A DNA stretch of 64,000 nt from an uncultured Gammaproteobacteria bacterium (GCA_964383765.1 CAYLHT010000003.1:6328-70327), one strand, 5' to 3'; counted from the stretch's first letter, positions 9,791 through 19,844 are shown. Numbers and translations: made by a program. The notes: generated by a model not told the origin, from the sequence alone.

Positions 9791-11070
9791 GAGTTTCGAA
9801 AAGGATTACGCTTTGGTTGGTAGTACTGTTTTTTCTCAAACTTCGTCGGCAAATACTGTTGCTGTCCTTCGGCCGCTGAAAAGTCATGTGAGTATTTGTA
9901 CCCCTGATGGTAACCGAGTTCTTTCATGAGCTTGGTCGGCGCATTACGCAAGTTGAGTGGTACCGGTTCATTTAAACTGCTTTTTACATCAGCCAAAGCC
10001 GCATCGTACGCTATGTACGTTTCATTCGACTTCGGACACGTCGCTAAGTATACCGCAACATGCGATAAATTGATCGTACATTCTGGTAATCCAACCAGGT
10101 CGCAAGCCTGCATGCACGCCACCGCCAACGGTAATGCATGCACGTCGGCCATGGACACATCTTCCGAAGCAAAAATCACCATCCGCCGCGCGATGAACAA
10201 GGGATCTTCGCCAGCTTCCAACATCCGACCTAACCAGTAGAGTGCTGCATCCGGATTCGAGCCACGCATCGACTTGATGAAAGCTGAAATGACGTTGTAG
10301 TGTTCCTCACCTTTCTTGTCGTACAGTAAATGCGGTTTTTGGAAGGCCTCAGCCACAGTTGTCAACGTAATCTGACGCTGTCCTTTGTCGATCGGCGTCG
10401 CTTTCACCGCTAACTCAAGCGTATTCAAGGCTGTTCGGCCATCACCATTACTGGCAGTGCTCAATAACTCTGAAGCTTTCGGTTCGACGACAATGTTCTG
10501 ACCGGCGTATCCCCGCTCATCGTTGAGAGCCCGAATGATAATCGCCGAGATATTCTCCGGTTGTAATCGTTCCAGCACGAAAACTTTACAGCGCGACAAC
10601 AATGGTGAAATAACTTCAAAACTTGGATTCTCAGTCGTCGCGCCAATCAACGTGACCGTGCCATTTTCAACGTACGGTAACAAGGCATCTTGTTGCGCTT
10701 TATTCCAGCGATGAATTTCGTCCACGAACAGAATCGTACGTTGACGTTTGAATTTGAGAAGGTCTTGCGCAGTTTTCACAGCCCTCAACAAATCATCCTT
10801 GCTGCTCAAGACACCGGACAAACCCACAAATGAGGATTTGGTAAGGCCGGCAATAATCCGTGCCAGCGTGGTTTTCCCGCTACCCGGTGGACCCCAGAGA
10901 ATGATGGAAAACAGCTCGTCGTTCTCAACCGCTTTCCGCAAAATCGTCCCGGGTCCAACCACCTGGGCTTGCCCAACGAACTCATCGAGGGTCCGCGGTC
11001 GTAAACGATCCGCCAACGGAGCCGTGCGGCTTATTTCAGCTTGTCCAACGGCGTCAAACAAATCGTCCAT
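9787..11070 (-). CDS. rarA: Replication-associated recombination protein A (AAA+ ATPase)
   Basis: Walker A ILWGPPGSGKTTLARIIA and MgsA/RarA-like overall length and C-terminal region. Confidence 0.85.
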   Translation of the reverse strand: MDDLFDAVGQAEISRTAPLADRLRPRTLDEFVGQAQVVGPGTILRKAVENDELFSIILWGPPGSGKTTLARIIAGLTKSSFVGLSGVLSSKDDLLRAVKTAQDLLKFKRQRTILFVDEIHRWNKAQQDALLPYVENGTVTLIGATTENPSFEVISPLLSRCKVFVLERLQPENISAIIIRALNDERGYAGQNIVVEPKASELLSTASNGDGRTALNTLELAVKATPIDKGQRQITLTTVAEAFQKPHLLYDKKGEEHYNVISAFIKSMRGSNPDAALYWLGRMLEAGEDPLFIARRMVIFASEDVSMADVHALPLAVACMQACDLVGLPECTINLSHVAVYLATCPKSNETYIAYDAALADVKSSLNEPVPLNLRNAPTKLMKELGYHQGYKYSHDFSAAEGQQQYLPTKFEKKQYYQPKRNPFRNS

Positions 11071-11139
11071 AGGCCTAGTTTAGCACGTTTGAATAGGACT
11101 GACATGGGTATCAGTCATGATTTTTCTCTGCAAGAAACC

Positions 11140-11718
11140 TTAGGTTGTTGGCGGATTTTTGGTTGTGCCGCGTGCTAACACCGCATCGAGCAAACCATTC
11201 TCGTCAGGTCGAAGGTCAGCTACAGCGATGTGCGGTTTCGTTTCAAAAGAAATTATCCGGCCGTCACGTTGTGCAATTGCCACGGTCGTCGCCCGATGGT
11301 GTCCTTCGATCAGTACAATTTTTCCATCTGGCCGTCGTAAGGCAGTCATGATGGTTTGCGATGGGAAATTCTCAATCATTTTTTGGATGGTTGGAATTTG
11401 AATGAAGTGTTGATACTGTTCTGGAATATTCACCAGGTCGGCAAATGAATGAACATTCGGTTGGGGTAAGCGACCTTGCCAACCCGAAAACGGTCCCACC
11501 AGCATCACCGGCATTTCTGAAATCGGATCATCCAGCACAAAAAGTTTCCAGTTTCGTTCATCCAGTTTGAGTTGCTTGACCGTAAACATCCGCCACGATT
11601 TCCAATCTGGCCAACCTTTCACCTCAGTCGCAACTTTACGCCAAGCTGAACCCTCGCCTTCGTTATGTTCCCAAGCGGCAAAGATGTCGGGCCAATTGAT
11701 ATCTTTAAGAAAAGTCAT
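11140..11718 (-). CDS. ParB/sulfiredoxin-like nuclease-domain protein
   Basis: LIEGHHR motif resembling the ParB N-terminal domain; otherwise unknown. Confidence 0.35.
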   Translation of the reverse strand: MTFLKDINWPDIFAAWEHNEGEGSAWRKVATEVKGWPDWKSWRMFTVKQLKLDERNWKLFVLDDPISEMPVMLVGPFSGWQGRLPQPNVHSFADLVNIPEQYQHFIQIPTIQKMIENFPSQTIMTALRRPDGKIVLIEGHHRATTVAIAQRDGRIISFETKPHIAVADLRPDENGLLDAVLARGTTKNPPTT

Positions 11719-11748
11719 GGCTTGAGTATAGCAGGAACACTAACAGCT

Positions 11749-11777
11749 TGCTTTTATCCCATTCAGTTGCTATTATC
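11749..11777 (+). promoter_or_regulatory. Candidate sigma70-like promoter (TTGCTT-17-TATTAT) upstream of tRNA-Pro
   Basis: Hexamers and spacing read directly from the sequence. Confidence 0.4.
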
Positions 11778-11827
11778 ATCGCGTTTTACGGGGATTGGTG
11801 CATGCGAGTGCGCGTCCCGCCCCCTGT

Positions 11828-11900
11828 CGGGGTATAGCGCAGTTGGTAGCGCGCACGCTTCGGGTGCGTGAGGTCCCGAGTTCGAGTCTCGGTACCCCGA
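11828..11900 (+). tRNA. tRNA-Pro (anticodon CGG); the precursor has a 6-bp extension of the acceptor stem (CCCTGT/ACAGGG)
   Basis: Manual cloverleaf: acceptor CGGGGTA/TACCCCG, D-arm GCGC-AGTTGGTA-GCGC, anticodon loop TTCGGGT, T-arm CCGAG-TTCGAGT-CTCGG. Confidence 0.85.
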
Positions 11901-11907
11901 CAGGGCG

Positions 11908-11932
11908 CGGGAAGGTCGCGAGTTCGACCTGT
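11908..11932 (+). repeat. Partial duplicate of the tRNA-Pro T-arm (GGTCGCGAGTTCGACC vs GGTCCCGAGTTCGAG) immediately 3' of the tRNA
   Basis: 12/13 identity to the T-arm of the adjacent tRNA; could be an old att-site remnant. Confidence 0.4.
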
Positions 11933-12020
11933 CCTGAGCTTGCCGAAGGAGTCTCGCATCCCCGACCATAAACCCAGCCTTGCATTTTTTTCACAATTCA
12001 GATATCCTGCACCTCACGTT

Positions 12021-12599
12021 ATGACCTGGCTGAAAAACATTTTTCCGGTGCTCATTCGGCAATGGCTGCCGTTGGCGTTTGTGATGACCATCACCGCCGG
12101 TCTGGTCTATGGCACGGTTCAACAGTCCTATCGCCAAGGCGCCAACGACCCGCAAATCCAGTTGGCGGAAGACATTGCAGACGCGATCAATGGTGGGGTT
12201 GACCCAACCACCCTGGTTGGCAGTGGTAAACTCGATATGGCCAAAAGCCTGTCGACATTCCTCATCGTCGTCGATAAAGACAATAAAGTCGTCGCCGATA
12301 ATGTACAATTGGGCGGCAAGTCGGTGAATGTTCCGATTGGGCCGATTGATCAAGCTCGTCAACACGGTCAGAACAGGATTACTTGGCAGCCGCAAGCGAA
12401 TGTTCGCAACGCGATCGTGCTACAACCGGTGTTGAGCCAAAAGGGCGAAGTCGTCATCGTTGGCCGATCATTGCGCGAAGTTGAAATTCGTGAAGGACAA
12501 TTGACTTCGATGGTCTTTCTCGCCTGGGCCGTCGGATTAGCTGGATCACTGATTCTGGTTTGGCTGGGACAGATGGTGCCCAAACCAAAAACAGCATGA
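12021..12599 (+). CDS. Hypothetical membrane protein (start taken at the internal ATG after the tRNA)
   Basis: The ORF track ORF 11868..12599 overlaps the tRNA; the first plausible start is MTWLKNIF at 12021. Has an N-terminal TM. Confidence 0.4.
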   Translation: MTWLKNIFPVLIRQWLPLAFVMTITAGLVYGTVQQSYRQGANDPQIQLAEDIADAINGGVDPTTLVGSGKLDMAKSLSTFLIVVDKDNKVVADNVQLGGKSVNVPIGPIDQARQHGQNRITWQPQANVRNAIVLQPVLSQKGEVVIVGRSLREVEIREGQLTSMVFLAWAVGLAGSLILVWLGQMVPKPKTA

Positions 12600-13285
12600 C
12601 CAAGAACGGCATTCGCCACCTGGGTATCATCATGGACGGTAATCGCCGCTGGGCTAAGGAGCACGGCTTGCCAAGTTTTGAAGGTCACCGCCGCGGCTAC
12701 GCGAATCTGAAAAAAGTAGGTGATTGGTGTATTAGCCGCGGGATTGAGGTTTTAACGGTTTTCGCCTTTTCCACTGAAAACTGGCAACGCTCAAAACAAG
12801 AAGTCTCCTACTTGATGCGCTTATTCGAAATGGCCTTGTCGCGCGACCTTGATGATTTGCATCGTAAGAACATTCGCATCGCCGTCATCGGCCGTGTAAC
12901 CGATTTACCGAAACGTTTGCAGAAACACATTGCCGCGGCAGTCGAAAAAACTAAACACAACACCCGGGGGACGGTCCAGTTAGCATTGAACTATGGCGGT
13001 CGTGCGGAAATTGTAGACGCCGTAAAAAAAGTCGTGCGGACGGCCCGCAGTGCCTCGAAAATTACCGAGGAATCGATCAGTCGGGCGATGTATACCGCTG
13101 AGCAGCCCGATCCGGACTTGATTATTCGCACCTCTGGTGAACAACGCACCAGCGGTTTCTTAGCCTGGCAAGGTGCCTACAGCGAGCTGTACTTCACCAA
13201 GAAATACTGGCCGGAATTTACCGAAGCTGATCTGGATCAAGCCTTGAACGAATACTCGCGCCGGCAACGACGTTTCGGACAATGA
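12596..13285 (+). CDS. uppS: Undecaprenyl pyrophosphate synthase (isoprenyl transferase)
   Basis: LGIIMDGNRRWA motif; ATGA start/stop overlap with the upstream gene. Confidence 0.85.
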   Translation: MTKNGIRHLGIIMDGNRRWAKEHGLPSFEGHRRGYANLKKVGDWCISRGIEVLTVFAFSTENWQRSKQEVSYLMRLFEMALSRDLDDLHRKNIRIAVIGRVTDLPKRLQKHIAAAVEKTKHNTRGTVQLALNYGGRAEIVDAVKKVVRTARSASKITEESISRAMYTAEQPDPDLIIRTSGEQRTSGFLAWQGAYSELYFTKKYWPEFTEADLDQALNEYSRRQRRFGQ

Positions 13286-13707
13286 ACAAAGACGCGACCA
13301 TACCTTTGCCCCGCTGGGGCCAAATTGTTATTCAAATTGTGGTCTACGCGACAGTCGTTGGTTATGCCGTATTCCATTTGTCTCATCATTCCCACGCCAT
13401 CAAACTACCGGCCCAGGCTTGCGCCGGATCTGGTCAAGCGATCATGATTACTTTTACTGACACGGCGATTGCTCCAAGTCCAATTCAACTCCAACGCTGC
13501 GACCGCGTCACGATCATCAATCGTGGCCACCTGTCGATCAAGCCGGCGCTTGGCCCGCACGAACAGCACCTTGTCTACCCTACCTTCCGTGAACAGATTC
13601 TCCGGCCCGGACAATCGATGCAGTTCCAAGCGAGCGTGCCTGGTCAGTTTGAATTGCATGACCACGTGGCAGATAAACTTGAAACTGAGGTGACCATCGC
13701 AAAATGA
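13282..13707 (+). CDS. Hypothetical protein with an N-terminal TM
   Basis: ORF, ATGA-coupled to uppS. Confidence 0.35.
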   Translation: MNKDATIPLPRWGQIVIQIVVYATVVGYAVFHLSHHSHAIKLPAQACAGSGQAIMITFTDTAIAPSPIQLQRCDRVTIINRGHLSIKPALGPHEQHLVYPTFREQILRPGQSMQFQASVPGQFELHDHVADKLETEVTIAK

Positions 13708-13708
13708 A

Positions 13709-13737
13709 AACTCCCGCCTGAGCGGGAGTTTTCGAAA
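13709..13737 (+). terminator. Rho-independent terminator (CTCCCGC-CTGA-GCGGGAG + TTTT)
   Basis: Hairpin plus T-run read directly from the sequence. Confidence 0.7.
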
Positions 13738-13748
13738 CGCCAAAGCGT

Positions 13749-14171
13749 TTACATCGCTGGTTGCGACGGACTGGCTGGCATTGCGGGTTTTTTCATACCC
13801 ATGCCCATGCCTTTACCCATCGAGGCCCACAAGGCCCAGATACCCACGACCGCGTGGAGAATCAAGTCAGCTGGACTTTCGAGGTTGGAGCCCAGGAACT
13901 TCGTGCTGAAGAAGTTGTAGACCGCCACGAAGATACCGAGCAAACCGAGCAACATGACCAACGGCTTTTGGGCCGCTGCCGGGAAGGTGAAAGCGGCGAT
14001 CAAACCGACCACACCCAGAATCAAGTGGGCCCAGTTTTCACCGTTGTCGAACCACCAGGTCGAACCGAAGATACTCTTGTCTGCGGTCGGACCGATGACG
14101 CCGACGAATCCGAGGATGCCGACGAGCACTAAGACGGCACCGCCGATTGTGAGAAATTGTTTGGGATTCAC
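13749..14171 (-). CDS. Hypothetical small membrane protein
   Basis: Three to four hydrophobic helices and a GMGMGM C-terminus. Confidence 0.4.
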   Translation of the reverse strand: MNPKQFLTIGGAVLVLVGILGFVGVIGPTADKSIFGSTWWFDNGENWAHLILGVVGLIAAFTFPAAAQKPLVMLLGLLGIFVAVYNFFSTKFLGSNLESPADLILHAVVGIWALWASMGKGMGMGMKKPAMPASPSQPAM

Positions 14172-14267
14172 TGTGTACTCACCTCCTTCAGAATCTAGTA
14201 TTCAAAATCTTCTATCCACAGTATACGAAAAAAAGGCTGAAACTTCAATTTACGCCATTTTGCTGAG

Positions 14268-15050
14268 TTATGGGTATTTACCCGCTATGATAGCCAAGGC
14301 ACCGTATAGGCCCGCTCGTGGCCCCAGGCGGCCTTTTAGAAGCTTTGGGGCATGGGGAAAAGGCCTGAGATTAGCCTGAAACTGGGTTTTGAGGCGAGGC
14401 CAAATTATGTGGCCATTCGTGACAATTCCACCGCCAACTACGACGCCATCCGCCGGCCACGATCGAACTACTTGAATCAGTCCACTCGCCAGATCATGAG
14501 TGACTTGGCGCCAATTGACTCGACTTCGACGTAGGCTGCGTCCGCCAATACGATCTTCTAGCGTTTTCCCTCGAACCTGAATGTGCTGACCGGGGTGGAG
14601 CGATTGTGATCTTCGATCAATTCGACGACGAACAATCCGGCAACCGCCGACTCCGGTTCCAACTGTGAGATATGCACTGGTCCGGAATTTTTTCCCAGCA
14701 CCGTAGCGTGCCTCCCCTAACCCACCGAGGGCGGCATCATTTTCCATCACCACCGGAGCCTGAATCATGAATCGAAGATCTCTCACCACGGGTTGTCGTT
14801 CCCATCCATGTAAATTCGGTGCACTGAGAATTCGATCACGTTTGGTATTCAATTTTCCGGGCACACCAATCACCACGGCTGAAATTTTGCGACCAGCAAA
14901 CAATCGACTAATGATTCGAACTAGCTCTTGTTTCCCTTGAGACCATTGTCGCGGCGTGTGCACAATCCGAACGTCAAGGAGTCGTCGATGACTCGATCGC
15001 GCCACTCGCATCCATGTTCCGCCGACATCAATCAGCAGAAAATGTTTCAT
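14268..15050 (-). CDS. ROK-family sugar kinase / glucokinase-like
   Basis: N-terminal IDVGGT and ENDAALGGLGE (ROK signature). Confidence 0.55.
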   Translation of the reverse strand: MKHFLLIDVGGTWMRVARSSHRRLLDVRIVHTPRQWSQGKQELVRIISRLFAGRKISAVVIGVPGKLNTKRDRILSAPNLHGWERQPVVRDLRFMIQAPVVMENDAALGGLGEARYGAGKKFRTSAYLTVGTGVGGCRIVRRRIDRRSQSLHPGQHIQVRGKTLEDRIGGRSLRRSRVNWRQVTHDLASGLIQVVRSWPADGVVVGGGIVTNGHIIWPRLKTQFQANLRPFPHAPKLLKGRLGPRAGLYGALAIIAGKYP

Positions 15051-16888
15051 CGTAATTTCAACACTGCGGACACAATTGCTTGACTATCAATCCCTTCGTA
15101 CCTGAGTAACTCATCCGGCCGGCCGCTCCGGGGCGTTTTCTGGACGGCGAGTGAACTGACGCGACCGGCGTCTTTTCCCAGCGCCGTTCGGACAGCTTCC
15201 GTGATTCCACCTTCAGGATAGTGATCTTCGACTACAATCAAATGTTTCGTTTGCTGAGCTGCTTGTTTAAGCGTCTGGACATCAATTGGCTTGATCGAGT
15301 ACAGATCAATCACCCGAACATTAATTTTTTTCTTGGCCAAGAGGTCGGCGGCTTTTAACGCCTCGTGGACTGTTACTCCAGCTGCTACTACAGTCGCAAC
15401 ATCGCTTGGGCTTTTTCGCAAGACTGCGCTGCCGCCAATCACAAATCTTGTTGCCGGTTTGTACAGCATCGGTAATTCTGCTCGGGTAGCGCGTACATAG
15501 ACGATGCCATCCGCCTTGAGTGCTTTTTCAAGCAAGCGTTCAGCTGAAACTCCGTCAGCTGGATGCAGTACGCTGCTGTGTTCAAGTGTTCGAAACATTG
15601 CAATGTCTTGCAACCCCATTTGGGACACTCCATCCTGACCAATGTGCGTTCCGGCGTGCGTTCCGATCACAATCTGATGAGTACCGCTGTAACTCGCCAT
15701 CCGCAATTGATCATAGGCGCGAGTCAAAAAAGCAGCAAACGTTGCGGTCACCGGAATTTTCCCGCGTCGCGCTAATCCAGTTGCCATGCCAACCATGTTT
15801 TGTTCGGCGATGTAACCTTGAATAAACCGCTTTGCAAACTTTTTCTCAAACCATTCGGTATACGTCGAGTTCTTAACCTCGCCGTCAAGCACCACGAGAT
15901 TTGGCCATGCTTGACCAAGTCGCACCAAGCCGCGCCCGAGCGCGGCCCGCGGGGAAATCATCTCGCCAATTTTGTATTTTAGGTCTTTGGCGGCTTTGCG
16001 GTTTGGTCGATGGGGTTGTCGGCGCTCGGGCGCGGCCACCTTACCACGCAGACGTTCATCAATTGGACCAAGTTGTTGGATAGCTTCAGCCGCTTGTTTT
16101 TTTGACAACGCTTTCCCATGCCAACCTTCTTTGCCCTCAACTAGGGCCACGCCTTTCCCTTTGATAGTTTTGGCGATGATCATGGTTGGACCGCCTCTGA
16201 ACGTTGTGGCTTTGCGGTATGCCGCGATCACCGCGTCCGTGTCGTGACCATCAACGATGACCGTATTCCAATTGAACGCACCAACCCGCCGCGCCATGGT
16301 CGTGGCATCCCGTTTCAACATCGTTGGCGTCGACTGACCGAGCCCATTCATGTCAATCACCCCAATCAAGTTTCGAATGCCGAGAAATCCAGCCAACTGT
16401 ATCGCTTCCCACACGCTGCCTTCGGCCATTTCTGAATCGCCTAGTAAACAGTAGACGCGGTACGTTAATGTATCCATGTGGCCTGCCAACGACTCACCCA
16501 GGGCAATGGGTAAACCTTGGCCAAGGCTGCCGGTTGGAGCTTCGGTGTAAGGAAATGTTGGCATCGGGTGGCCTTCTAGTTTACTCCCGAATTTCCTAAG
16601 TGTGAGTAATTGACTGGCGGGAATCGCGCCGGCTGCGGCATACAACGCATAAAACAACGGTGCGGCATGACCCTTGGAAAAGATCAACCGGTCATTATTT
16701 GGATAGTCCGGCTGCTTGAGATCAGCCCGAAAGATGCCACTGAACATTAAGCCGGTCATCAGTTCCACTGCTGACAAGGATGACGTTAGGTGACCTGAAC
16801 CAGCAGTTGTCGTCATCCGAATTAACCACGACCGAATTAACCGATTGAGCTGCGTCAAATCCACTGATCCTCTGGTCGGTTTAGGCAT
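15047..16888 (-). CDS. tkt: Transketolase (single-chain)
   Basis: GSGHLTSS...SKGHAAPLFYA, GDSEMAEGSVWEA thiamine-diphosphate region and C-terminal domain. Start is trimmed to an internal Met to avoid overlap with the upstream gene. Confidence 0.8.
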   Translation of the reverse strand: MPKPTRGSVDLTQLNRLIRSWLIRMTTTAGSGHLTSSLSAVELMTGLMFSGIFRADLKQPDYPNNDRLIFSKGHAAPLFYALYAAAGAIPASQLLTLRKFGSKLEGHPMPTFPYTEAPTGSLGQGLPIALGESLAGHMDTLTYRVYCLLGDSEMAEGSVWEAIQLAGFLGIRNLIGVIDMNGLGQSTPTMLKRDATTMARRVGAFNWNTVIVDGHDTDAVIAAYRKATTFRGGPTMIIAKTIKGKGVALVEGKEGWHGKALSKKQAAEAIQQLGPIDERLRGKVAAPERRQPHRPNRKAAKDLKYKIGEMISPRAALGRGLVRLGQAWPNLVVLDGEVKNSTYTEWFEKKFAKRFIQGYIAEQNMVGMATGLARRGKIPVTATFAAFLTRAYDQLRMASYSGTHQIVIGTHAGTHIGQDGVSQMGLQDIAMFRTLEHSSVLHPADGVSAERLLEKALKADGIVYVRATRAELPMLYKPATRFVIGGSAVLRKSPSDVATVVAAGVTVHEALKAADLLAKKKINVRVIDLYSIKPIDVQTLKQAAQQTKHLIVVEDHYPEGGITEAVRTALGKDAGRVSSLAVQKTPRSGRPDELLRYEGIDSQAIVSAVLKLR

Positions 16889-17474
16889 CGCGTTTGGTCG
16901 GAGTAATCGCTTGGAACGCTGGGGTGATGGCCAACGTCTTTTCAATCAAGGTTTTCAGTTTGACCATGTTCTTCTGATCGACCAGATCGCCTTCTGGGGT
17001 AAAGGCCTCCTCCGCATTTTTAATCATCACCATCGGCTGCGGCAAAAACAGCATATTCAGATCAATCAAGACTTGGCGCAGGTGGAGTTGACCACGTACC
17101 GTGCCGTATTGTCCATCTGACGCGCCTAGGGTGATGACCGTTTTCCCAGCCCAGCTATTGCCTTTTCGCGAACCCCAATCGAGCGCGTTTTTCAATGCGG
17201 CTGAAATCGAATAATTGTATTCAGGACTAGCCAGTATGATCACATCAGCCGCCTCGACTGCCACTTTGAGTTTCTGGACGCTCTCCGGCAAACCTGCATC
17301 TTGAATATCTTGGTCATAGATCGGCAGGTCAAGGGTTTTCAGATCGAGTTCATCCACATTGGCCCCAGCCTCAATCGCCAAACGTTTCGCCAATTGCAAC
17401 GCCCGCCGGTTGAATGAGTCGCGCCGAAGGCTGCCGCTAATCGCCAAGACTGATAATGGTTGTCTAGTATTCAT
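16881..17474 (-). CDS. NAD(P)H-dependent FMN reductase family flavoprotein
   Basis: LAISGSLRRDSFNRRAL N-terminus typical of the SsuE/ArsH-like fold. Confidence 0.55.
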   Translation of the reverse strand: MNTRQPLSVLAISGSLRRDSFNRRALQLAKRLAIEAGANVDELDLKTLDLPIYDQDIQDAGLPESVQKLKVAVEAADVIILASPEYNYSISAALKNALDWGSRKGNSWAGKTVITLGASDGQYGTVRGQLHLRQVLIDLNMLFLPQPMVMIKNAEEAFTPEGDLVDQKNMVKLKTLIEKTLAITPAFQAITPTKRDA

Positions 17475-17498
17475 GCCAATCGTTAGTTTACCACGAGC

Positions 17499-18521
17499 CT
17501 ACCGAATCAGCATCCCGTCGCCGAAAGACAGGAATTTCATTTTTCGTTTGAGCGCTAGTTGATAGAGCTCGAACAGCTTCTTGCGACCAACCAAGCTGGC
17601 AGTGAGCATCAATAAACTCGATTTCGGCACGTGGAAATTCGTGATCAACCCGTCCACAAACCGCCAATGATAGCCAGGTTGGATGAAGAGTTGGGTTGAC
17701 CCGCGCCCGGGATTGAGGCGGCCGCGGCGCGAGGCTGATTCCAAAGTTCTTGCTACTGTGGTTCCAACTGCAATGATGGGTCGACCTTCAGACTTGTAGC
17801 GATTAAGACGCGCCGCGGCCGCCCGTAAAATCTCAAACTGTTCATGGTGTAGTCGTTGTTTTTGAATCTGTTCGGAAGTAACCGGGGCAAAGGTCCCTAA
17901 TCCAACTGACAAGTTCACAAATTCCTCTGCGATCCCCTGTTTTCGTAACTGGTTGAGCAAAGTTGGCGTGAAGTGCAGCGAGGCCGTCGGCGCAGCTACC
18001 GACCCGGTGTGTTTGGCGAATACGGTCTGGTACCAACGTCGGCGCTCAGATTCTGTTAGCGGCGAATGCCGTAAATATGGTGGCAGTGGTGTCTGCCCGC
18101 GGCTTGCGAGCAGTTTGAGAAAAGTTTTAGTTGGAACATTCGGCTGTAGTTTGTATTCGGATCCGCTGTGGCTAAGAACTCGAGCAGTGACAGTTAGGGT
18201 GAACCGTAACATCGCGCCAATGTCGAGTCGACGATTGGACAGTGCGGAAATAACGCGGCCATGTGATTCGAGATAAAGTAATTCAACCTTGCCACCGGTT
18301 GGCTTTGTGGCGGAGATTCGAGCTGGAATGACTTTTGTATCATTGAAAACTAAAACTGCATTGTGTGGTAGATATTGAGCTATCTGCCGAAAACGACTAA
18401 TCGTAACTCGTTTGGTTGCGCGGTTGTACACGAGCACCTTCGCTGCGTCGCGGGGTTGAGCTGGACGCTGGGCAATTGCCGAGAGCGGCAATCGGTAGTC
18501 AAAATCTTCAGTTTGCGGCAT
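17499..18521 (-). CDS. queA: S-adenosylmethionine:tRNA ribosyltransferase-isomerase
   Basis: DFDYRLPLSAIAQRPAQPRDAAKVLV N-terminus matches the QueA signature. Start is set at the internal Met abutting the upstream ORF's stop. Confidence 0.8.
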   Translation of the reverse strand: MPQTEDFDYRLPLSAIAQRPAQPRDAAKVLVYNRATKRVTISRFRQIAQYLPHNAVLVFNDTKVIPARISATKPTGGKVELLYLESHGRVISALSNRRLDIGAMLRFTLTVTARVLSHSGSEYKLQPNVPTKTFLKLLASRGQTPLPPYLRHSPLTESERRRWYQTVFAKHTGSVAAPTASLHFTPTLLNQLRKQGIAEEFVNLSVGLGTFAPVTSEQIQKQRLHHEQFEILRAAAARLNRYKSEGRPIIAVGTTVARTLESASRRGRLNPGRGSTQLFIQPGYHWRFVDGLITNFHVPKSSLLMLTASLVGRKKLFELYQLALKRKMKFLSFGDGMLIR

Positions 18522-18736
18522 TAATGCGACAAGCCGTGGCGGTGGAGACAATCGACAAAGTCAGCTTCACGCACATCATAGTAAGGATTTGTTTGTGCGG
18601 TTCCGACTAGGTCAATCCGACTCGCACACTGTTTTCTCACAGAGTACGGTCGATACTCGTACCACCAAAAAGCTAAAGCGAGTACAGCTAGCCCGAAGAG
18701 TGATCGGCGGAGATATTTGATTGGGGTACTGGCCAT
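18521..18736 (-). CDS. Small hypothetical membrane protein
   Basis: ORF with one TM. Confidence 0.3.
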   Translation of the reverse strand: MASTPIKYLRRSLFGLAVLALAFWWYEYRPYSVRKQCASRIDLVGTAQTNPYYDVREADFVDCLHRHGLSH

Positions 18737-18797
18737 AGTTACTCGCTGAGGAGAATGTCCAAAATGGCGATCCTGCTCCTGTCGTACTAGATCCGAG

Positions 18798-19415
18798 TCA
18801 ACGAGGAGAAATAAGTTTCAGGTTACTCCCCACTGAAGAACCTCCGCCATTGGTGTATGCTCTATCCTTTGTCCAATTTTCCTTGTCCGCCGTGGCCCAC
18901 GTATACCCCTTGCCAGAAATATTCGTAACATATAGATAAACTTCTTTTGATGGTTTTGTGATGGTGAGATTTGCCGTACCCGTAGAGTCTGTCGTCGCCG
19001 ATATTTTTTGAGTGGTTGTGGTAGCGGGCCCCAAGGAATCCCTGACCTCGGCCGAAACGGTAGCGCCTATGGCTGGCAACCAAGAATAAAGATTGGGAAT
19101 CGATTTATTTTGGGAAAGTTTAACTTGAACAGACCACTGGATACTACCATTACCGAGGTCAACGGCCTCGAGATTACCGCCATTGTAAATCCAAAAAGAA
19201 TCATTTTGAGCTTGATTGACATTGAAGGAAATGTCACTACTCCGATGGGAGGGGGAAGTAGTATTGTCACCAACTCCTGAGGTGGCAAAGCGATAAATGA
19301 AATAGCTCCAACCAAGCCCAACTGCAATGATTGCGGTAATCAGGATAGAGTCTAGTAATGTTTTGCCGCCGCGTTCTTTCATCTTCGTGCGTTCACTATA
19401 GCATATTTGTGTCAA
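18798..19415 (-). CDS. Hypothetical secreted/anchored protein
   Basis: N-terminal TM followed by a Ser/Thr/Asn-rich domain. Confidence 0.35.
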   Translation of the reverse strand: MTQICYSERTKMKERGGKTLLDSILITAIIAVGLGWSYFIYRFATSGVGDNTTSPSHRSSDISFNVNQAQNDSFWIYNGGNLEAVDLGNGSIQWSVQVKLSQNKSIPNLYSWLPAIGATVSAEVRDSLGPATTTTQKISATTDSTGTANLTITKPSKEVYLYVTNISGKGYTWATADKENWTKDRAYTNGGGSSVGSNLKLISPR

Positions 19416-19459
19416 CCCAAAAATAACTCTTCGGTGAGGCTGGACGTTGTCGAGCTCGT

Positions 19460-19533
19460 TGGCACGGGCACTAGGATTCGAACCTAGAATGACGGTTTTG
19501 GAGACCGTAGTGATACCATTTCACTATGCCCGC
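19460..19533 (-). tRNA. tRNA-Trp (anticodon CCA), CCA-encoded
   Basis: Manual fold of the reverse complement: acceptor GCGGGCA, anticodon loop CTCCAAA. Confidence 0.8.
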
Positions 19534-19549
19534 ATAAGGCCAAGCTAGC

Positions 19550-19705
19550 TTACTTGGCTTCCTTATGCAAGGTGGATTTCTTGTCCCACTTGCAGTACTT
19601 CATCAACTCAATTTTATTCTTGAGCTTCTTCTTGTTCCGTTTCGAATGGTAGTTGATGTGCTTGCAAACGGTGCACTGGAGTTTGATGAGATTGTCTTGT
19701 GACAT
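19550..19705 (-). CDS. rpmG: 50S ribosomal protein L33 (51 aa; not in the ORF track because it is under 60 aa)
   Basis: Translation MSQDNLIKLQCTVCKHINYHSKRNKKKLKNKIELMKYCKWDKKSTLHKEAK matches L33 (Cys pairs, C-terminal HKEAK). Confidence 0.85.
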   Translation of the reverse strand: MSQDNLIKLQCTVCKHINYHSKRNKKKLKNKIELMKYCKWDKKSTLHKEAK

Positions 19706-19726
19706 AGATAGTCTTGCTAATAAGTT

Positions 19727-19802
19727 CTGGAGCCAGCGGTCGGATTTGAACCGACGACCTTCACTTTACAAAAGTGTTGCTCTACCACTGAGCTACGCTG
19801 GC
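19727..19802 (-). tRNA. tRNA-Thr (anticodon TGT), CCA-encoded
   Basis: Manual cloverleaf of the reverse complement. Confidence 0.75.
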
Positions 19803-19844
19803 GTTGAGCTCGAGGGTCGGGTCAATCCGCAACGGATTGACCCG

